A stretch of DNA of 64,000 nucleotides from NCBI GenBank assembly GCA_963674695.2, contig CAXXGI010000002.1, positions 672,001 through 736,000 on the forward strand, in the 5' to 3' direction. A program made the position numbers and the translations under genes. The notes under the pieces are model-generated. The model was not told the origin of the DNA, made no database searches, and saw only the letters and a list, made by a program, of their open reading frames with translations. Shown in pieces: positions 38,341 through 47,766 of this stretch. Source of the stretch: a bacterium (lineage in GTDB: Bacteria > UBA10199 > 2-02-FULL-44-16 > JAAZCA01). Every line of letters starts with the position of its first letter. The stretch's first letter is position 1.

Positions 38341-38757
38341 ATGCATACATTCAAAGTTGCTCTTGCTGTGGTCGTAGCGATCGCCTTTGTCTCCGTGTCG
38401 TGGATCGGTACGGCCAACGCCGAAACCTGTGAGGTGGGGACGAAGACGCAGGTGAAATGGAAGGGGTCGTGGTATAAGGCGAAGGTCCTCAAGCGAAAAC
38501 CCAATAAAGCGCTGATTACCTATGATGGCTATGGCAGCAATTGGGATGAGTGGGTGGGCCCCGAGCGCATCAAGTGTAGCTTTGCTGCAGCTTCGGCCAA
38601 CCCCTATCCGGAAGGATCGGCCGTGAAGGTGAAGTGGAAGAAGAAATGGTGGCCCGCCAAGGTCATCGGGGTTAAAGAAAACACGTGGAAGATTCATTAC
38701 AACGGCTACGACAAGTCCTGGGATGAATGGGTGGGTCCAAATCGCATCAAGAAGTAG
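38341..38757 (+). CDS. Secreted protein with two Tudor/Agenet-like domains
   Basis: Signal peptide; duplicated V.W...W..AKV......I.Y.GY...WDEWVGP.RI. Confidence 0.85.
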   Translation: MHTFKVALAVVVAIAFVSVSWIGTANAETCEVGTKTQVKWKGSWYKAKVLKRKPNKALITYDGYGSNWDEWVGPERIKCSFAAASANPYPEGSAVKVKWKKKWWPAKVIGVKENTWKIHYNGYDKSWDEWVGPNRIKK

Positions 38758-38776
38758 AACGGCATACGCTTCATAA

Positions 38777-38954
38777 GGCGCTCCAAAGGAGCGCCCCAGA
38801 GTGATGACAAACTCCCCCCTCCTTTGTAAGGAGGGGATGGGGGAGGTAGATCACGGATCTACCCCACCCTAACCCTCCCCTTACAAAGGGGAGGGAACGA
38901 AAAGATCATCACATTGGATTTTGTCAGCAGTCTGAGGCGCTCCTTTGGAGTGCC
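38777..38954. repeat. Nested repeat: REP doublet inside an outer 24-bp inverted repeat
   Basis: Outer GGCGCTCCAAAGGAGCGCCCCAGA / TCTGAGGCGCTCCTTTGGAGTGCC; inner part matches 14426-14513. Confidence 0.75.
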
Positions 38955-38986
38955 ATTTTTTTAAAGAAGGAAGGGATTCAATACGG

Positions 38987-39901
38987 CTATGGTTTTCGCG
39001 TCGCCTTCCAGGCGTTTCGGAACCAGGGCATTCTGTTGTCCCCGTATCCACCCCGAAAATCGACCGTAAATGACATGCCGTCCGGTGCCATCTTATAGAT
39101 GGCCTCGCCCGCATCCATCGGTGGCTTGTAGGTGGGAGCGTCGCTCCACTTTCCCACAAGCGTGTTGCCCGCGATGTGTCCGCTGATCTTTCCGCTCTGC
39201 AGCGTGTAGTGCCCGGAGACGTGATTGCCGGTCTGGGTCAGGGTGATCGTTCCCGGGTGCGTGTACCAGACGCCACCCCAGACACCAGGGCCAGCCATCA
39301 GCTCCGTCTTTGCGGCGGGCGTTCCCCCGTGTCCGTGGGGCTTGTGCGGTTTCTCCACCATGCCGGCAGCCGCGGGCGCTGTGGCGACCGGCGCCGCGGC
39401 TGCTGGCTTTGCCCCATCGGGGGTGTATGGTTCGAGCCAATAGGCGAGCGACAGGGAGCTCTTCCGGTATCCGCGCAACTCGACCGTATAGTTTCCGGGC
39501 CCGAGCCAGATCGAGCCGAGTTTTCCATGTGTCGCCGATCGGACGCGATGTTGGTGAAACTCGCGAAAGAAATACCCGCCCGTTACCCGACTCTTGATCC
39601 CCCATCCATATGGCGGGGGGGTGCGAGCATCCCATTTCTTCCGCCACTCCTCGGCTTCATTGAAGAGTTGGGTGCTGGGATCATCTTCCACGACTTCGAA
39701 CCCGCACTCCTCGCCGGCGACATAGCCGGAGCCGAACAGGTGAAACCTCGTCGCCTTTTTTCCCTCCGGAACGACAATAGTTCTGTAGCTGGACTGCGTA
39801 TGACAGTCGGTCTTGAGGTTGATCTTAACGGCTCCCGCCGCTTGCGCGGTCGATGGAAGGATGAGGACGATCACGGCCGCAGCGAGAAGGAATGTTTTCA
39901 T
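38987..39901 (-). CDS. Secreted two-domain hypothetical protein
   Basis: MKTFLLAAAV signal peptide, Ala/Pro linker, beta-rich C-domain (WGGVWYT..G.ITL.Q.G..VSG.Y). Confidence 0.75.
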   Translation of the reverse strand: MKTFLLAAAVIVLILPSTAQAAGAVKINLKTDCHTQSSYRTIVVPEGKKATRFHLFGSGYVAGEECGFEVVEDDPSTQLFNEAEEWRKKWDARTPPPYGWGIKSRVTGGYFFREFHQHRVRSATHGKLGSIWLGPGNYTVELRGYRKSSLSLAYWLEPYTPDGAKPAAAAPVATAPAAAGMVEKPHKPHGHGGTPAAKTELMAGPGVWGGVWYTHPGTITLTQTGNHVSGHYTLQSGKISGHIAGNTLVGKWSDAPTYKPPMDAGEAIYKMAPDGMSFTVDFRGGYGDNRMPWFRNAWKATRKP

Positions 39902-40019
39902 AGAGGACACCGCCTTTCGGGAGGGGAGGAATAACGCTCCTAGGAAATTCGCAGATATCTCGTTCAGGATCAATAAAATAAGGGCGTATTCGTGCTGTCA
40001 GCGCATTGCGCGCCCTTTC

Positions 40020-43000
40020 CTATGAAGAGGGCCGCCCCCGCGCGATGGCGGCGTGGAGCGCTTCATGGTGTTTCTGGGGGAGGTTGTTGAAGAGACGCTC
40101 GGTTGTTTTCTCCGCGATGGATTGTTCCACCTTCTGGATGTAGCCTTCGATCTTTCTCCGCACGCGGGCCTGAGCGGCGCTCGATGATCGTTCTCCCGCG
40201 AGCACCGCAACCGCCGCATCGATATTGCCATCGACGAGCGAGAGGACCTTGAACACGATTCCGCGCAGGTGATTGGTGAGTGTCTTCGCCCCCGGTGCGT
40301 ATCCCATCGCCGCTTCGCTCGGCCCCATCCGAAACTCGTTCTGGCGCAACGCTTCTATTTCTCGCCGCTCCTCGTCGTCGAAGGTGCGCTCTGAGGCGAC
40401 GAGCTTCTTTCCCTGCCGCATGATCGCCGCGATCTCGTCTTCGAAGTGTTCCGGCTGGATGATCGCACGCTCCTGGAAGAGGGCGTTGTCGGAGGCCACC
40501 TTGATGGCGCTTGAGAGCTCCGCGACGTTGAAGTGGTGGTAGTCGAAGTGTGTCAGCGCCGTCAGGGCGTCGTCGGAGAGTTCCAGCGCGATCTTCTTGT
40601 CCCGGCATATGCGTTCGAGAAAGTGTCGCGCCAGGAGGTTCACATCTTCGAGCCGATCGCGCAGTGGCGGAATGCGGATGAGTCCACGTGCCTTGATGCG
40701 ACGGAGCAGATCGTTGCGAAAACGCCCGGCGGCGACCTCCGCTTCGAGCGGGACGTTCGAGGCGAAGATAAAGCGCACGTCGGCGGATTTCGGAGCGCCT
40801 TTGCCCGCTGCCGGATTGAAGGGGCGTCCCTCCAGCGGCAGCAGGAGCATCCCCTGGGCCTGCGGTGGGAGCAGCGCGATCTCGTCGAGGAAGAGCGTGG
40901 CCCCATCGCACTGGTCGAGCAGCCCGGGCTGGCCCTCCTTGGGGACATGGGCGATGCCGGAGTTGGCCCCATAGCCGAAGAGTTTTCCCAGGACGATGAT
41001 CGGATCGGCGGCGGCAAATTCGGCGCAGTTGTATTCGACGAAAGGTTTTTCGCCGCGCTGCGAGAGCTCATGGATGGCGCGTGCCACACCGGTTTTTCCC
41101 GATCCCGATTCGCCGAAGAGCAGGACCGGCTCGGCGTCGCGCGAGCGGATGATGATGTCGCGAATGACGGGGAGAAAGGCGGGCGCTGTCCCCAGAATCG
41201 AGGTGCGGCGCAGTTCGCCGAGTTTGGGCAGCTCGCGTTCGATCTCGTCGATCTTCTGCCGCAGCGCTGTTTCCCCCTGCGCATCGCGTGCGCCGACTTC
41301 GGCGATGCCTTCGAGCTGGTTGCGAATTGCCTCCAAGCGTTCGGTGGCGACACTGCCGATCTCCTCTTCGATCCCCTGGATGGTCTCCTCGAGTCGCTCC
41401 TCCTCTTCGGAGAAGTGCGCGAGCCGCTCGGTCGCGGCATCCAGCGCGCTCGCTTTCAGTTCAAGCATCTCCGCTTTCTGCGTCAGCTCGGAGCGCATGG
41501 TGATAAAGGCCGATGCGAGTTGGCCGAGCTGATCGGGACCGGCAAGCTCCGCCAACGAAGGCGAGCGCCCCTCACGCATCGCGTTCACCGCATCGGCGAG
41601 CCTGACGATCCGTCGTGTCAGCGAGTGTGACCAGTAGAGGGCCAGGGCAAACCCGAGGCCGATGAGGACGGCGACGGCGATGAGGTTTCCGACGGCGACG
41701 TTGCGCGCGATGGCTTCCAGCCGATCGCGATCGAGTCCGACCTGGACCATCCCCCAGCGCTGGCCGCCGACGTCGATGGCTTCATGGATGCGGATCGTCC
41801 GTTCGTCATCGCGCGCGGCGGGGGGATAGGTTCCGGCCAGGATCTTCTGAACGATGGAGTGGCCGCGATCGCCGCCCTCGGAGTCGGCGATGTAGATCCC
41901 GTTGCGCAGGACCTTCACGGAACGGATGCCGCGCTGTGCGGCGAGCCCTGCCGCAAACGGATCGATGAGCTGGGCTTGTCCTTCGGCGACGGCGCGCGCG
42001 GATTGCGTCGTGAAGCTGTCGATGCTGTGCAGCCATTCCAGCGAAGTGCTGTGGAGGCGGCGGTTGAGATGGGCGATGGAGAGCCCGCTCACGACGATGC
42101 CGACCGCGACCATCGTGCCGACGAGGGTCACGCGCAGGCGCAGATTCACATCGCGGCTGATGCGTCCCGCAAAGGCGATCGCGAGGATGAGGAGAATGAG
42201 CAGCGCCAGGGCGGGTACGGACGCGATGGCACCGATGCCCCAGAGGCGCGCGCGAACGAGGGCCTGCATGAGCGGCGCCGGCGCGCGCACATAGTCGATG
42301 GCATAGGCGAGCTTCGGGAGCGTGGCCAGAACCGCTGCCGCCTCACGGATCGCATCGTAGTCGGCGTCGGTCACCGCGACAAAGCGTGCAACGTTCAGGC
42401 GATGCATCACGTCGGGCGGGACGTGCTCGTGCATCGACAGGAGCGCGGTCTTGATCTCCGCACGAAGATTTTCGTCAAGGTCAGGGCGTGCGAAGATCGG
42501 CTCCGGCGGAAGCGGCGAGGTCATGAAGATCGAACGCAGTTGCCCCTGCTGTTCGGGCGAAAGTTCCTCGATGAAATAGGTTGCCATCGCCGCGGCGTCG
42601 ATGCGCCCGGCCAGGAGCGCATCGCGCGATGCCGTGTGATGCCCGGAGAGGATCACCTCGGAGAGGGCATCGGCCGGTTGCGAAAATCCGTGTTGGGCCA
42701 GTGCCACGCGCGGCAGGAGATAGCCGGTGGTCGAATAGGTGTCGGTGAAGGCAAGCGATCGACCTTCGAGCCCCTCGATCGACTCGATCCCCGAATCGCG
42801 TCGCACAACGATCGCGCCCATGAGCGGCCCGCCCTCGCGCTGTGCCCCGGCGATGAGTTCGGCTCCTGCATCCCGCTGCATCTTGACGTAGGTGAACGGC
42901 CCGGCGACGAGCAGGTCGATCTCACCCCTTCGATAGCTCTCGAGCATCTCCGCATAGGATTCGCGCAGGACGATCTCGATGGGACGCCCCGTCTCCTGCG

Positions 43001-43157
43001 TGAGGGAGGCGAACATCGGGAGCCACTGCTCGATGACGGCTTCGGGTTTCACCCCCACGACGAAGCAGACGCGCAGCGTCGCATCGTTGGCAGCGTGCGC
43101 CAGGGATGATGAGGCCAGGGCCATGAGGGCGAACAGGAGAAGGGCGAGTTTTTTCAT
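40020..43157 (-). CDS. PhnD-like binding domain + TM + HAMP + sigma54-activator AAA+ fusion
   Basis: LAFTDTYSTTGYLLP and GHH.S..ALLAG.IDAA (PhnD); HAMP; GESGSGKT, LFLDEI, FRNDLLRRI. Confidence 0.88.
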   Translation of the reverse strand: MKKLALLLFALMALASSSLAHAANDATLRVCFVVGVKPEAVIEQWLPMFASLTQETGRPIEIVLRESYAEMLESYRRGEIDLLVAGPFTYVKMQRDAGAELIAGAQREGGPLMGAIVVRRDSGIESIEGLEGRSLAFTDTYSTTGYLLPRVALAQHGFSQPADALSEVILSGHHTASRDALLAGRIDAAAMATYFIEELSPEQQGQLRSIFMTSPLPPEPIFARPDLDENLRAEIKTALLSMHEHVPPDVMHRLNVARFVAVTDADYDAIREAAAVLATLPKLAYAIDYVRAPAPLMQALVRARLWGIGAIASVPALALLILLILAIAFAGRISRDVNLRLRVTLVGTMVAVGIVVSGLSIAHLNRRLHSTSLEWLHSIDSFTTQSARAVAEGQAQLIDPFAAGLAAQRGIRSVKVLRNGIYIADSEGGDRGHSIVQKILAGTYPPAARDDERTIRIHEAIDVGGQRWGMVQVGLDRDRLEAIARNVAVGNLIAVAVLIGLGFALALYWSHSLTRRIVRLADAVNAMREGRSPSLAELAGPDQLGQLASAFITMRSELTQKAEMLELKASALDAATERLAHFSEEEERLEETIQGIEEEIGSVATERLEAIRNQLEGIAEVGARDAQGETALRQKIDEIERELPKLGELRRTSILGTAPAFLPVIRDIIIRSRDAEPVLLFGESGSGKTGVARAIHELSQRGEKPFVEYNCAEFAAADPIIVLGKLFGYGANSGIAHVPKEGQPGLLDQCDGATLFLDEIALLPPQAQGMLLLPLEGRPFNPAAGKGAPKSADVRFIFASNVPLEAEVAAGRFRNDLLRRIKARGLIRIPPLRDRLEDVNLLARHFLERICRDKKIALELSDDALTALTHFDYHHFNVAELSSAIKVASDNALFQERAIIQPEHFEDEIAAIMRQGKKLVASERTFDDEERREIEALRQNEFRMGPSEAAMGYAPGAKTLTNHLRGIVFKVLSLVDGNIDAAVAVLAGERSSSAAQARVRRKIEGYIQKVEQSIAEKTTERLFNNLPQKHHEALHAAIARGRPSS

Positions 43158-43333
43158 GCGGATCTTATAGGGCCAAGCGATGGGCGATGACAACAGCGGA
43201 AACGGGGAAACCCACGGGTGACCGCCCGGCAGCATCCACGAAGAACACACGAAACACACGAAACCGATTCCGAGCATCGCTTGAAATGACAATATTTCAA
43301 GGGGTTGAAAAATCGACGCCCCCTCGCGTTCGC

Positions 43334-43349
43334 TGGCATGCCTCTTGCT
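43334..43349 (+). promoter_or_regulatory. sigma54 promoter divergent from the bEBP gene
   Basis: TGGCATGCCTCTTGCT; palindrome TTGAAAT-N6-ATTTCAA at 43281-43300. Confidence 0.7.
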
Positions 43350-43387
43350 TTGTACCCGAGACATCGGGGGATGAAAGGAGCGCAGGA

Positions 43388-44182
43388 ATGGAGATCAGAA
43401 AGACGAGCATACCGTATGATGTGGATCGATTCTGGGATGGCGGGTGCATGGGGAGCGATGAATGGGAGGATGACTACGGCACGTCGGTGCAGCTGCTCAC
43501 GAACGGCTCCGGTTCGGCCTATATCTGTCCGGAAAAGGCGCAGGGTCCGTGGCGCCTCTTCGTCGACCATAACGCGCAGGGCTGGCGGCTCTCGGTCTGG
43601 CCGGGGCATCCGGTCGAGGACTACGATCTGCCGTGGGAGGCTTCAGGAAAGCTCGGCGCGGTGATCGCCTGCGGCATCGAGCAAGGGACGATCGGGAGCG
43701 AGGATATCGCGGATCTCTTCACCGCGCCGCGCATGATGGTGCCGACCACCTTTCCGACCTTTGCCGATGGCGTCACTATTCGGAATACATTCGATTGGAA
43801 GGTCTCCTTTCACGATGAGGGGATCTCGATGCACAATTTAAGGATCAGGGATTACCTCTTCGATTTCGAGGGCCGAAGTCGCCAGTATGTTTCGGTCGGA
43901 ACGTTTCCCTCCGCTGTGCGGTATCGCGAGGGGACCACCTGCGAGCTCTGCCCCGACGACTGGGGTATCGGCATGTGCTGCGATGATTTCTCTTATGCCC
44001 GGATGATGTTCGGTCGAAAAGATTATATCTCATACGGGATGTCCTGGGCGGATCACAGCGCTCGCGTCGGGCGCATGGAGCGCTCTGCCGCGATCGTCGG
44101 CAACCGTCTCATCAAGGCCGCGCAAACCGTGACGCTCGAGATCGAGGCGTATGAACGCGCCTGTCAGGGCAAGGAGGAGTGA
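43388..44182 (+). CDS. Hypothetical acidic, Cys-containing protein
   Basis: AAGGAG RBS upstream; follows the sigma54 promoter. Confidence 0.7.
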   Translation: MEIRKTSIPYDVDRFWDGGCMGSDEWEDDYGTSVQLLTNGSGSAYICPEKAQGPWRLFVDHNAQGWRLSVWPGHPVEDYDLPWEASGKLGAVIACGIEQGTIGSEDIADLFTAPRMMVPTTFPTFADGVTIRNTFDWKVSFHDEGISMHNLRIRDYLFDFEGRSRQYVSVGTFPSAVRYREGTTCELCPDDWGIGMCCDDFSYARMMFGRKDYISYGMSWADHSARVGRMERSAAIVGNRLIKAAQTVTLEIEAYERACQGKEE

Positions 44183-44367
44183 TGCATCAAACGGGGGATG
44201 AACCAGAGATGACCACCATCTGGAACGAATCGTCGTTTCTGCGCCTGCTGCGGCTGGCGCGCCTCACGCTCGACACGGCCATCGGCCTGATCGAGGGCGC
44301 GATAAAGAGGCGGGAGAAAGACACGACCGATGCGTCAATAAAGCTTCAGGGATTGGATGGGCCGTGA
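44182..44367 (+). CDS. Small hypothetical protein
   Basis: TGATG overlap and AGGAGG RBS. Confidence 0.45.
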   Translation: MHQTGDEPEMTTIWNESSFLRLLRLARLTLDTAIGLIEGAIKRREKDTTDASIKLQGLDGP

Positions 44368-44448
44368 TTTCGTCCAGGCTCCCGATATCGCAACAGGGGA
44401 ATGGGATGATTTTATTGGATTTTTTTAGCAAGACATTCCTTCATTGCC

Positions 44449-44478
44449 GCAACTTCTGGGGGTGTAAGTGCCGATAAT
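44449..44478 (+). promoter_or_regulatory. Putative sigma28-like promoter GCAACTT-N14-GCCGATAAT
   Basis: Boxes identical to 7371-7400. Confidence 0.6.
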
Positions 44479-44513
44479 ACGGGTAGCTGCAGGATATTCA
44501 GTTTGGGAGACGT

Positions 44514-47198
44514 ATGCCCTATTCGGCATTGCGATTACAGGACTATCATGCGCGCGTGGCGAGCCAGCTCGCGCAGTTGCGCCAGAACGATCAGCGCTTC
44601 AGCGACGAGACCAATAGCGTCGTGCGGTGGACGGCCGACTTCGTCTCCGGCGCGGGCGAGACGTGGGAGCATCACGAGGCCGCGCTCGAACGCAGTCAGA
44701 AGATGCTCGATGAAGCGAAGGCCTCGATCGAGGCCGGTCGTTTTGATGAGGCCGTCGCCCTTCTCCGACAGGCCGAGGGAGATGCGAGTCAGGCGAGCCG
44801 GTTCGCGCGCCGCTATTTTGGCCAGACCGAACGCGGGGCGCTCTCCGTCGGCAAAGGGCTCGCGGTGACCTCGGTTGCCTGTCTTGCGGGCAGCGGCCTC
44901 GGCGGGGGCGCGCTCGCCCTGGGTGTTACGTCCAGCATGGCCGGAGCCCTCCTGTTTTCAACGCTCATCAATGTGCCCGGTTGGGCGATCGCGGATGAAC
45001 TGCTCCGCACCTCCATGGCGAACGGCTCGACGGATGAGACGACCTCCGTGGAGTTTCGCAAACCCCGTGTTTCCGAGACGGAGGTGCTCGTCGATCCCGC
45101 GGCCAACGATCCGCTGGCTCAGCCCCCCAGCCGCGAGCAGGTCATCGCGCATGCACAGGATGCGCTGCGTGCCTGGAAAGAGGATCCATCTCGACCTCTC
45201 GATCCGTTCTTCGGTTCCTTCCTGATCGATTCGGAATTTGCGGGAGAGGTGGGCGGAGAGGGGACGCACGAATATGCCGCTTTGCAGGAGGGGTGGGAGC
45301 GACATGTAAACCGTTATCGGGAGACTCTCTGCGAGCAGCCGGCTGAGGGGATGGCCGCATTCGAAGGGATCATGCCCGAGCTCTACCGCGATTACCTCTT
45401 CTCCTATGTGAAGAAGCATGCGCAGCTGCGAGATTTTCTCTCGCGCGAGGGGGGCAACTGTGAGGCACAGACCAAGCTCATTCTCTCCACGCTTGCGGCG
45501 ATCGAGGTGGAACTGTCACCGCCGTTGACCGTGGGTGTTCAGCTCTTCGGCGAGCATATTCAGCCGGTCGTCTATGACTCTGAGCGCGATCGGGTCTGGA
45601 GCGCGATGAGCAATCAGTGGGATGATCGGATCCGTGCGCCCATCTATGATCCGCATGTTCTCTATCACGCCTATCTCAAGGGGGAGGCGGTTCGATCGTC
45701 GGGTGAGATGCCGATTGATCTCGTCGTCGATGCCGACGACATGTTGCTCCGGCCGATCGATGCGGAATTCGCCGGTCAGAAAAGCGCGCCTGCGCCGGGT
45801 ACGGGAGGGACCAATACGAAATCCGTCTTCCCCAAGGGGGAGGGCGTCTTTTCCGATGGGCCGATTCCAGAGGTCGCCTTCCTGCCCAGCCCCTATGGTC
45901 ACGAGGCGGTCGATGTCATCGAAGAGACGATCTACAGTCGGATCAACCAGGGGTATCCCCCCCGTACGGTTTCGGATCAGCCGCCGGAACATCGCTTGAG
46001 CTCTCAACAGTTCATGGATGAATACCAGATGGATATGGGCGTTATCGGAGTGGCCGGAGCCCCGAATGCGGCGATCCTCTTTCGTTCCCCCGAAGTCCTG
46101 GCGGCGTTCACAAAGATCCCCACGCGTGAGGGGAAATATCGGTTTATGACGCAGATCATCGTTCAGAATATCGGACGGGTCCTCTCCTCCCCCGGGGGGA
46201 TGCGGACGATGGATCTCCTCGCCGATCCCCAAAAGGCCAAGGGACTGAGCGATCGTGAGGTGATCCTGGCGCTGCGCGTCCGGTCCTCACTCGACGTCAT
46301 CCTGCAACGGGGTGTCGAAGCGATCGGCAATTTTTTTTCGGCGATGGACGGGGGTGGATGGGCATTTGATGGTTTGATGGAGCATCTCCAGAAGAAGTTC
46401 GAATCGCTCATGCCGCTCTATGCACGGTATCGCCATTTTGAGAAGGCCTTCCAGGATCGGGTGCAGGCCCATCCGACCGAGACGATCGTCTTGATGGATC
46501 GCCTCGAAATGATGCCGCGCGAGGCCCTGCTCGGTTCGATGGATGACGCGACGCTCCTGAGCGTTGCCGGCGAGCTTCTGGATCAGCAGCGCATCGAAAT
46601 CCTGCACCAGCGGGCGCCGAGCGAGCTCCTCTTTGTCGATCTCCTGAAGTCGAAGACATCGATCAACAAAGCGATGGATTCCCCTGAACCGGCGGGCGAG
46701 GATGAGAACATCTCTGTGGAAAAGCCACGGCAAGTGAAGCGCGTCGTGCGGGCGGAGACCTTCGCGCACTTAAGCCTCTTTTGTCTGAATCATATTCGTC
46801 AATTGGACGATGAGCATCATATCGACGTGGTCCGCAATGTGACCGTGCTCGAGCCGCTCAAGGCGCGCTGGAACGCTCCCCTCATCGCATCGCTGCGCAT
46901 GGCGACCAGGGACGGGCGCTACGATCCCATCATTGCGTGGGCGCAGCTCTCCTCCCGCCTTGGTGGCGTTGACCAGTCGGAGCAGGAGCGCGAAGCGCTC
47001 GAGGAGGAGCTGGCAAAGCTTGAGGAGGACATGAAGGGGAGGCGGGGTGCCCATTGGTGCTACTACAATACCGCAAATAGATCCACGCAGTGTTCGGGTT
47101 TCAACACGATTCCCGGCGGATGGGATGCGTATTTGAAAAACTCGGTGCTCGACCCAACGCGCTATACCCCGATTCTTCGATTTGAATCAGAGGAATGA
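44514..47198 (+). CDS. Large hypothetical protein with possible transglutaminase-like Cys/His core
   Basis: 894 aa; N-terminal helices plus Gly-rich hydrophobic hairpin; GGNCEAQTKL...QLFGEHIQPVVYD. Confidence 0.7.
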   Translation: MPYSALRLQDYHARVASQLAQLRQNDQRFSDETNSVVRWTADFVSGAGETWEHHEAALERSQKMLDEAKASIEAGRFDEAVALLRQAEGDASQASRFARRYFGQTERGALSVGKGLAVTSVACLAGSGLGGGALALGVTSSMAGALLFSTLINVPGWAIADELLRTSMANGSTDETTSVEFRKPRVSETEVLVDPAANDPLAQPPSREQVIAHAQDALRAWKEDPSRPLDPFFGSFLIDSEFAGEVGGEGTHEYAALQEGWERHVNRYRETLCEQPAEGMAAFEGIMPELYRDYLFSYVKKHAQLRDFLSREGGNCEAQTKLILSTLAAIEVELSPPLTVGVQLFGEHIQPVVYDSERDRVWSAMSNQWDDRIRAPIYDPHVLYHAYLKGEAVRSSGEMPIDLVVDADDMLLRPIDAEFAGQKSAPAPGTGGTNTKSVFPKGEGVFSDGPIPEVAFLPSPYGHEAVDVIEETIYSRINQGYPPRTVSDQPPEHRLSSQQFMDEYQMDMGVIGVAGAPNAAILFRSPEVLAAFTKIPTREGKYRFMTQIIVQNIGRVLSSPGGMRTMDLLADPQKAKGLSDREVILALRVRSSLDVILQRGVEAIGNFFSAMDGGGWAFDGLMEHLQKKFESLMPLYARYRHFEKAFQDRVQAHPTETIVLMDRLEMMPREALLGSMDDATLLSVAGELLDQQRIEILHQRAPSELLFVDLLKSKTSINKAMDSPEPAGEDENISVEKPRQVKRVVRAETFAHLSLFCLNHIRQLDDEHHIDVVRNVTVLEPLKARWNAPLIASLRMATRDGRYDPIIAWAQLSSRLGGVDQSEQEREALEEELAKLEEDMKGRRGAHWCYYNTANRSTQCSGFNTIPGGWDAYLKNSVLDPTRYTPILRFESEE

Positions 47199-47214
47199 AA
47201 GCCCCGATCTCTCG

Positions 47215-47766
47215 TTATCGTATCGCCTTCATGTAGAGATGTGCATCCTCAGGGCGCCCAAACCGACGGCGCTCGAATCCCTTTTCGGTGAAGTGCTCGA
47301 CCCCTTCTGAGATCGTTTGAAATCCCGCATCCGTGAGCGCGTCCGTGATGCTCTCGCGCGTCCAGCCGCTCTTGTGTTCGTCGCCGGGCCAACGCTGCCA
47401 GCCATAGATCGTGCTCCAGACGTGTTCGTCGGTGAAGGGGTTCTTCTCCGATGCGCCATGCGTGACGTTCATGAGGTACTCCGCCCAGACCTTCATGTCC
47501 GGGACGTCGAAGAGGAGCTCGCCCCCCTCTTTCAGCAGCCCGTGGAGGTGCGCGAGCGTTTCATGCACTTCGGCAAAGCGCAGGTGTTCCATCACGCCCA
47601 GGGCGATGATCTCCGTGAGCGATGCTTCCGGGAGCGCGATCTCGCAGGGGGTGCAGATGAAATCGAGTTCCACGCCCTCCTGTGCGGTGACGTCCTGGTG
47701 CAGATAGCCGGGGGTGGGGCGTGCACCGCAGCCGAGTTCGAGTCTGTCGCATGATGTCGGTGTCAT
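47215..47766 (-). CDS. Class I SAM methyltransferase-like protein
   Basis: LELGCG..P.PGY, VMEHL, LLKEGG.L...VPD. Confidence 0.85.
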   Translation of the reverse strand: MTPTSCDRLELGCGARPTPGYLHQDVTAQEGVELDFICTPCEIALPEASLTEIIALGVMEHLRFAEVHETLAHLHGLLKEGGELLFDVPDMKVWAEYLMNVTHGASEKNPFTDEHVWSTIYGWQRWPGDEHKSGWTRESITDALTDAGFQTISEGVEHFTEKGFERRRFGRPEDAHLYMKAIR

